NCBI GenBank assembly: GCA_050116835.1
Contig: JASFNW010000006.1
Span: 457-64,456 of the forward strand
Direction: 5' to 3'
Length of the DNA stretch: 64,000 nucleotides
DNA from: Desulfobacterales bacterium
GTDB taxonomy: Bacteria; Desulfobacterota; Desulfobacteria; Desulfobacterales; JAHEIW01
This document shows positions 59,940 through 64,000 of the stretch, in pieces (within the stretch, counting starts at the first letter, position 1; the number at the start of each line of letters is the position of its first letter). The position numbers and the translations under genes were made by a program. Below the pieces are notes generated by a model. It saw only the letters and a list, made by a program, of their open reading frames with translations, did no database searches and was not told the origin of the DNA.

Positions 59940-62220
59940 TTTCCACCTCCCTGGGACCAAAATGGCCGGCTTTAATACTGGTTTCCAATACACGCTCTAA
60001 ATTGGCGGGTAACTGATAAATCCTCTTACCGAGTGCATTTGCGAGGGCATTGACGATCGCCGGCGCGGTCGGAATCAAAGCCGGCTCGCCCACACCCTTG
60101 GCGCCGAACGGACCGCTCGGCTCCGGTGATTCCACGATGATGGGGATAATTTCCGGCATGTCGGCACAGGTGGGAATCAGATAATCTTTGAATGAAAGGG
60201 TTTGCCCGGGGACAAAAGCTTCCATCAGCGCAAAACCCATCCCCATGGCCACCCCGCCGCAGATCTGCCCTTTGACGTTTTCCGGATGAATCGCCTTGCC
60301 GACATCATGGGCTGCCACGATTTTTTCCACCTGCACTTCGCCGGTCAGGGTATCCACGCGAACGAGCGCCAGCTGGCAGGCAAAGGCATAAGTCGCGTAA
60401 GGCACGCCCTGACCGGTATCCGGATCCAATGGTACGGTATCCGGATCAAAAAATCCATTCCAGGTCAGCGGCAGCCCTTTTTTATGAAGTCGCTGTGCCA
60501 GCCACGCAAAATCCACCCTGTTGTCGAAATCATTGGCATCGCTGACATATCCGGAATCCAACCGCAAAGCCGCCTTGGGGACTTTCAGTTTGTTCACTGC
60601 TTCGGTCATCAACACATCGGCCAGTTTTTCGGCAGCATCTTTGACCGCATTGCCGGAAATATAGGTCTGGCGACTGGCAGAGGTCGCACCGGCATTCGTG
60701 GTACATTTGGTGTCTGCCACGACCATGCGGATATCTTCGGGCGTCAGGCCCAGGGATTCAGCGGCAATCTGCGCCAGCACCGTGGTGGATCCCTGCCCAA
60801 GTTCTGCGCAGCCGGTAAACAGCGTGATATGACCGTTCATGTCCATGGTCATTCTGGCTGTTGATGGGTTTTGTACACCGGTGTTGCCGATGCCGTACCA
60901 CATACAGCCGATACCCATGCCTCTTTTGATATGGGAACGACCGGTTTCATTCAGCCAGCGCGACCGGGCCTGCTCATAATGCGGCTGAATGGCTTCCAGG
61001 CATTCACCGATCCCGACACTGGCCGTTAATTTCTGGCCGGTGGCCGTCACCGACCCCTCTTTTAAGGCATTGGTGCGGCGCATTTCCAGCGGGTCGATGC
61101 CGAGCTTGCGGGCCAGCAGATCCATTTGAGATTCATGGGCAATGGCAATCTGGGGTGTGCCGAAACCCCGCATGGCACCGGAAAACGGGTTGTTGGTATA
61201 CACACAGAGGCTTGTAACATCCACGTTTTCAATCTGATAGGGACCGGTGGCGTGCACGGCCGAGCGCGATGCCACGGGTATGCCATACGATGCATACGCA
61301 CCGGTATCACAGGTAACGACAGCCTGCATGGCCAATAGCCGACCGTCGCGGTCCGCTCCGGTTTTTATCTTCATTTCGAGCGGATGCCGTTTAGCGGTGG
61401 CCAGATAGGCCTCTTCCCGGCTGTAGACGATGCGTACCGGTCTTTTGAGGTGATGGAGCGCCAGACCGATAAAACCCTGCACATTCATATCCAGTTTAGA
61501 TCCGAATCCGCCTCCGGTGGCGGCTTGTATGATTCGCACCTGCTGATCCTCGAGCCCCAACAGGCTGGTGACTTCTTTATGGTCGTAATGGGGATTTTGC
61601 GTGGAAGCGAAGATTACCAGCGAACCATCATAGTCCACATAGCCGGCACCGGCATCCGGCTCCAGATAACTGTGCTCGATGTGTCCGGTTTGGTATGTCT
61701 TTTCAACGACCGCGGCGCATTGTTTAAATGCCGCTTCAACATCACCTTTTTTGATTTTGCGCGTGAACAGCAAATTGCCTTTTTCATGGATCTTGGGCGC
61801 ATCGGGAGCCAGAGCCTCTGCAGGGCTGCGCACGGCCGGCAGTTCAGAATAGATAACCTCAATGGCTTTGAGCGCCTGATCGGCTGCCGCTTCGGTTTCA
61901 GCCGCAACCAGAGCAACCGGTTCGCCGATGCTGCGCACCTTGTCATCTGCCAGAAGCGGCTGATCTTTATTAATGATGCCGACTCGATTTTGTCCCGGGA
62001 TATCTTCAGCGGTGAAAATGCAAACGACACCCTCGATCACGGCCGCTTTTTCGAGCTTGATTTTTTTGATCCGGGCGTGGGCCGTTGTGCTTCGCAAAAC
62101 TCTAAGGATCAGCGGATCGTCAAGTTTCAGATCGGCGCTGAAAATCGGCTCACCCCGCAGTCTTTTTTCTAAACCGATTTTGCGGATGTTTTGCCCTATG
62201 GTTTTATATTCCGCTTTCAT
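59932..62220 (-). CDS. xanthine-dehydrogenase-family molybdopterin subunit (nicotinate-dehydrogenase-like, unsplit)
   Basis: 762 aa. Aldehyde-oxidase/XDH a/b hammerhead domain plus the two Mo-pterin-binding domains (..GGGFGSK.., ..RGFG.PQ.., ..GEPA..). Confidence 0.85.
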   Translation of the reverse strand: MKAEYKTIGQNIRKIGLEKRLRGEPIFSADLKLDDPLILRVLRSTTAHARIKKIKLEKAAVIEGVVCIFTAEDIPGQNRVGIINKDQPLLADDKVRSIGEPVALVAAETEAAADQALKAIEVIYSELPAVRSPAEALAPDAPKIHEKGNLLFTRKIKKGDVEAAFKQCAAVVEKTYQTGHIEHSYLEPDAGAGYVDYDGSLVIFASTQNPHYDHKEVTSLLGLEDQQVRIIQAATGGGFGSKLDMNVQGFIGLALHHLKRPVRIVYSREEAYLATAKRHPLEMKIKTGADRDGRLLAMQAVVTCDTGAYASYGIPVASRSAVHATGPYQIENVDVTSLCVYTNNPFSGAMRGFGTPQIAIAHESQMDLLARKLGIDPLEMRRTNALKEGSVTATGQKLTASVGIGECLEAIQPHYEQARSRWLNETGRSHIKRGMGIGCMWYGIGNTGVQNPSTARMTMDMNGHITLFTGCAELGQGSTTVLAQIAAESLGLTPEDIRMVVADTKCTTNAGATSASRQTYISGNAVKDAAEKLADVLMTEAVNKLKVPKAALRLDSGYVSDANDFDNRVDFAWLAQRLHKKGLPLTWNGFFDPDTVPLDPDTGQGVPYATYAFACQLALVRVDTLTGEVQVEKIVAAHDVGKAIHPENVKGQICGGVAMGMGFALMEAFVPGQTLSFKDYLIPTCADMPEIIPIIVESPEPSGPFGAKGVGEPALIPTAPAIVNALANALGKRIYQLPANLERVLETSIKAGHFGPREVENA

Positions 62221-62258
62221 GAACTTTGCCCAGAAAAATTCCTATTAAAAAAATAATT

Positions 62259-62342
62259 AATCACGAAAGCACGAAAGGAAGAAAGCAGGAAAGGAAAATA
62301 ATAAACTTTCATGTTTTTAAGTTTTCGTGTTTTCGTGGTTTT
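62259..62342. repeat. CACGAAA-type intergenic palindromic element (copy C)
   Basis: AATCACGAAAGCACGAAAGGAAGAAAGCAGGAAAGG ... GTTTTCGTGTTTTCGTGGTTTT. Lies between the FAD-subunit and Mo-subunit genes. Confidence 0.7.
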
Positions 62343-62388
62343 AATTTACTGTTTAATCTAAAAAGCATATATTTATTTTTCTTGATCA

Positions 62389-63246
62389 TTATTGAATCAA
62401 AGGATGCATCATACGCATAAACAGCCCCTGAATGGCCGGCTCCTTGTACACTGCTGAGGGTCTTCGGCCGGTGATGCTGAACATTTTGTCCGCCAGCAGC
62501 TTACCGGCTTCCCATAAGATATGTTCAGCGGGCACTTTACCGGTCATGTATTCTTCGATTTCACGGAATCGATGCGGGGTTGGGGTACACGATCCCAATG
62601 CAAATCGCATATACGCAATTGAACCACCCTCATCCTGATAGGCCATGGCGGCCATGCTCATGCGTGCGATGGCCAGCTCCTGTCGCCGACCAATTTTCTG
62701 AAAATCAGCAAAAGTCACCTCCTGGGGCCTGGGCTGCAAAATAAAATGGCTGATGATTTCATTCGAATGCAAACTGCAGTGATAGGGCCCGCTGGCCATT
62801 TCTTCAATCGTGACGTGACGCTGACCCTCTGAGGTCAACACCACCGCTTCGGCATCATGAATCAGCAACGGCGGTATGGTATCGCCGCACGGAGAACAGT
62901 GAGCGACGTTGCCACCGATGGTGGCCACATTCCGTATTTGCCGGCTGGCAAATTTTTCTGCTGCCTTTCTCAGGGCCGGCGCCATGTCGGCGATGGTGTC
63001 GGACTCTAAAAGTTCACTTATGGTTACCGCCGCGCCGATAGACAGTTGACCGTCGCGCATCTCAATCTGTTTTAAATCTTCCAGTCGGCTGACGTCTAAG
63101 AGAAAGCGGGTTTTTAAAGCACCGGATCGCAAATCGACCATGATGTCCGTACCACCGGCCAGGATTTTGGTTTCCGCTCCGTTGGTATTTAGAAAATGAA
63201 GGGCATCTTCTAAATTCGTGGCTTTGATGTAGTCAACGTCAAACAT
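62389..63246 (-). CDS. XDH/CO-dehydrogenase-family FAD-binding subunit (CoxM/NdhF-like)
   Basis: 285 aa: ..KILAGGTDIMVDL.., ..IRNVATIGGNVA.., C-terminal CO_deh_flav_C-like region. Confidence 0.85.
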   Translation of the reverse strand: MFDVDYIKATNLEDALHFLNTNGAETKILAGGTDIMVDLRSGALKTRFLLDVSRLEDLKQIEMRDGQLSIGAAVTISELLESDTIADMAPALRKAAEKFASRQIRNVATIGGNVAHCSPCGDTIPPLLIHDAEAVVLTSEGQRHVTIEEMASGPYHCSLHSNEIISHFILQPRPQEVTFADFQKIGRRQELAIARMSMAAMAYQDEGGSIAYMRFALGSCTPTPHRFREIEEYMTGKVPAEHILWEAGKLLADKMFSITGRRPSAVYKEPAIQGLFMRMMHPLIQ

Positions 63247-63369
63247 GATGGTATTTCAATCTGCGACTCTTGTTGCCGAGTAGTGGTTTCAAAAGCCGCA
63301 AACCAACAGAAAAGGGGTTTTGAAACGGCTTTTGCTCAATTTTGCATTAGCCATATGGCCAAAGCAGCG

Positions 63370-63864
63370 TTAATCCTTTTTGAAAGCGGCCTGCTTTTCA
63401 GCGGCGGCTTCGACGGCTTCCATAATGCTGTGATACCCGGTGCAGCGGCAGAGGTTGCCCGAAATCGCTTTGACAATCTCACTGCGCTTGGGGTGCGGGT
63501 GTTTTGCCAGCAGGGCACTGGTGCTCATCAACAGCCCGGGTGTACAAAATCCGCACTGAACGGCGTGCTTTTCGGCAAAGGCTTCTTGAATCGGGTGCAG
63601 GCCGCCGCTTTGACTTAGACCTTCGACTGTCCACACGTCGCGCCCGTCCAACTGGGCCGCAAATATCAGGCAGGCGTTGACGGCGCGACCCTCAACCACT
63701 ATGGTACAGGCCCCGCATTCGCCAATGCCACATCCTTCTTTGGTGCCTTTGAGGTCAAGCCTGTCTCTGATGAGTTCAAGCGCCGTCATCCCCGCCGGGA
63801 TATGCAGCTGCTTCTTTTCTCCGTTGATGGTACACTGAATTGTTATGCGATTTGCTTTCGTCAT
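63370..63864 (-). CDS. XDH-family (2Fe-2S)-binding small subunit (CoxS/NdhS-like)
   Basis: CGIGECGACTV-type and CGFCTPG / CRCTGY motifs. Start at ATG 63864 (MTKANRITIQCTING, GGAG 6 nt upstream). The track start at 63876 is TTG. Confidence 0.9.
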   Translation of the reverse strand: MTKANRITIQCTINGEKKQLHIPAGMTALELIRDRLDLKGTKEGCGIGECGACTIVVEGRAVNACLIFAAQLDGRDVWTVEGLSQSGGLHPIQEAFAEKHAVQCGFCTPGLLMSTSALLAKHPHPKRSEIVKAISGNLCRCTGYHSIMEAVEAAAEKQAAFKKD

Positions 63865-64000
63865 GTCCAACTCCAAGCTGACATATCTGAATCAAAAAAC
63901 CTCACGCAAAGCCGCAAAGATATTTTTTGATATGAAAATTAGTGGTTCATCCATCAAGCCCCGGGCTCTATTTCGAAAGAGGTCATGTTTTTTTCTGAAT

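Noticed and set aside
63286-63334. Two mutually exclusive 9-bp helices (GTTTCAAAA/TTTTGAAAC and CAAAAGCCG/CGGCTTTTG) in the spacer between the 2Fe-2S and FAD subunit genes.
   Set aside because: The helices are short and AT-rich, with no U-tract or leader ORF. This is insufficient to call an attenuator or switch.
1-64000. Looked for CRISPR arrays, rRNA/tRNA genes, transposases, integrases, reverse transcriptases, obvious toxin-antitoxin pairs and known defence-system signatures.
   Set aside because: None was recognisable by eye. The only mobile-looking unit is the DUF559 cassette, and the only repeats are short palindromic intergenic elements. tRNAscan/Infernal were not run, so small RNAs cannot be formally excluded.

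Overview
This is a 64-kb chromosomal window. Its gene content is typical of an anaerobic, sulfate-reducer-like Desulfobacterota (Desulfobacterales-type) genome. I saw no rRNA, tRNA, CRISPR array or transposase. (1) 0.6-15.7 kb, all minus strand: a Tmc-type transmembrane redox-complex operon in the order hyp-USP-RR-tmcD-tmcC-tmcB-tmcA. It appears to be driven by a sigma-54 promoter with an IHF site and a 16-bp palindromic UAS. It is sandwiched between two paralogous sensor modules: RR / haem-motif HK / REC-HK / PAS-type sigma-54 activator upstream, and RR / REC-PAS-HK / PocR downstream. (2) 15.9-27 kb: a lipoprotein, a ParB-like/AsnC-RAM fusion plus a metallophosphoesterase, small ORFs, a PAS kinase, a CdaA-YbbR fused diadenylate cyclase, a duplicated zinc-ribbon protein, a HAD hydrolase and priA. 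This block also holds an OmpA-like/DUF1573 gene interrupted by an in-frame TGA exactly at a conserved Cys, which is a candidate selenoprotein and the most interesting signal in the window. (3) 27-34 kb, plus strand: upp-uraA, hypothetical genes and an asparaginase. (4) 34-50 kb: an imino/amino-acid catabolic island with an OYE-type flavoenzyme, an M24 hydrolase, an ornithine-cyclodeaminase-family enzyme, a DAO-type FAD oxidoreductase, a LIV-type ABC transporter and PutA. (5) 50-64 kb, minus strand: an anaerobic nicotinate-catabolism-like operon. It encodes the 2Fe-2S, FAD and Mo subunits of a xanthine-dehydrogenase-family hydroxylase, an enamidase-like amidohydrolase, a 6-hydroxynicotinate-reductase-like Fe-S protein and UPF0280, followed by a second LIV-type ABC transporter. 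This operon is interrupted by a DUF559 cassette bounded by ~40-bp inverted repeats. Intergenic spacers between co-directional genes carry several families of palindromic repeat elements (CACGAAA-type, AACGGGC-type, TTCGAAA-type). All calls rest on reading the sequence and ORF translations by eye; no database search was run.
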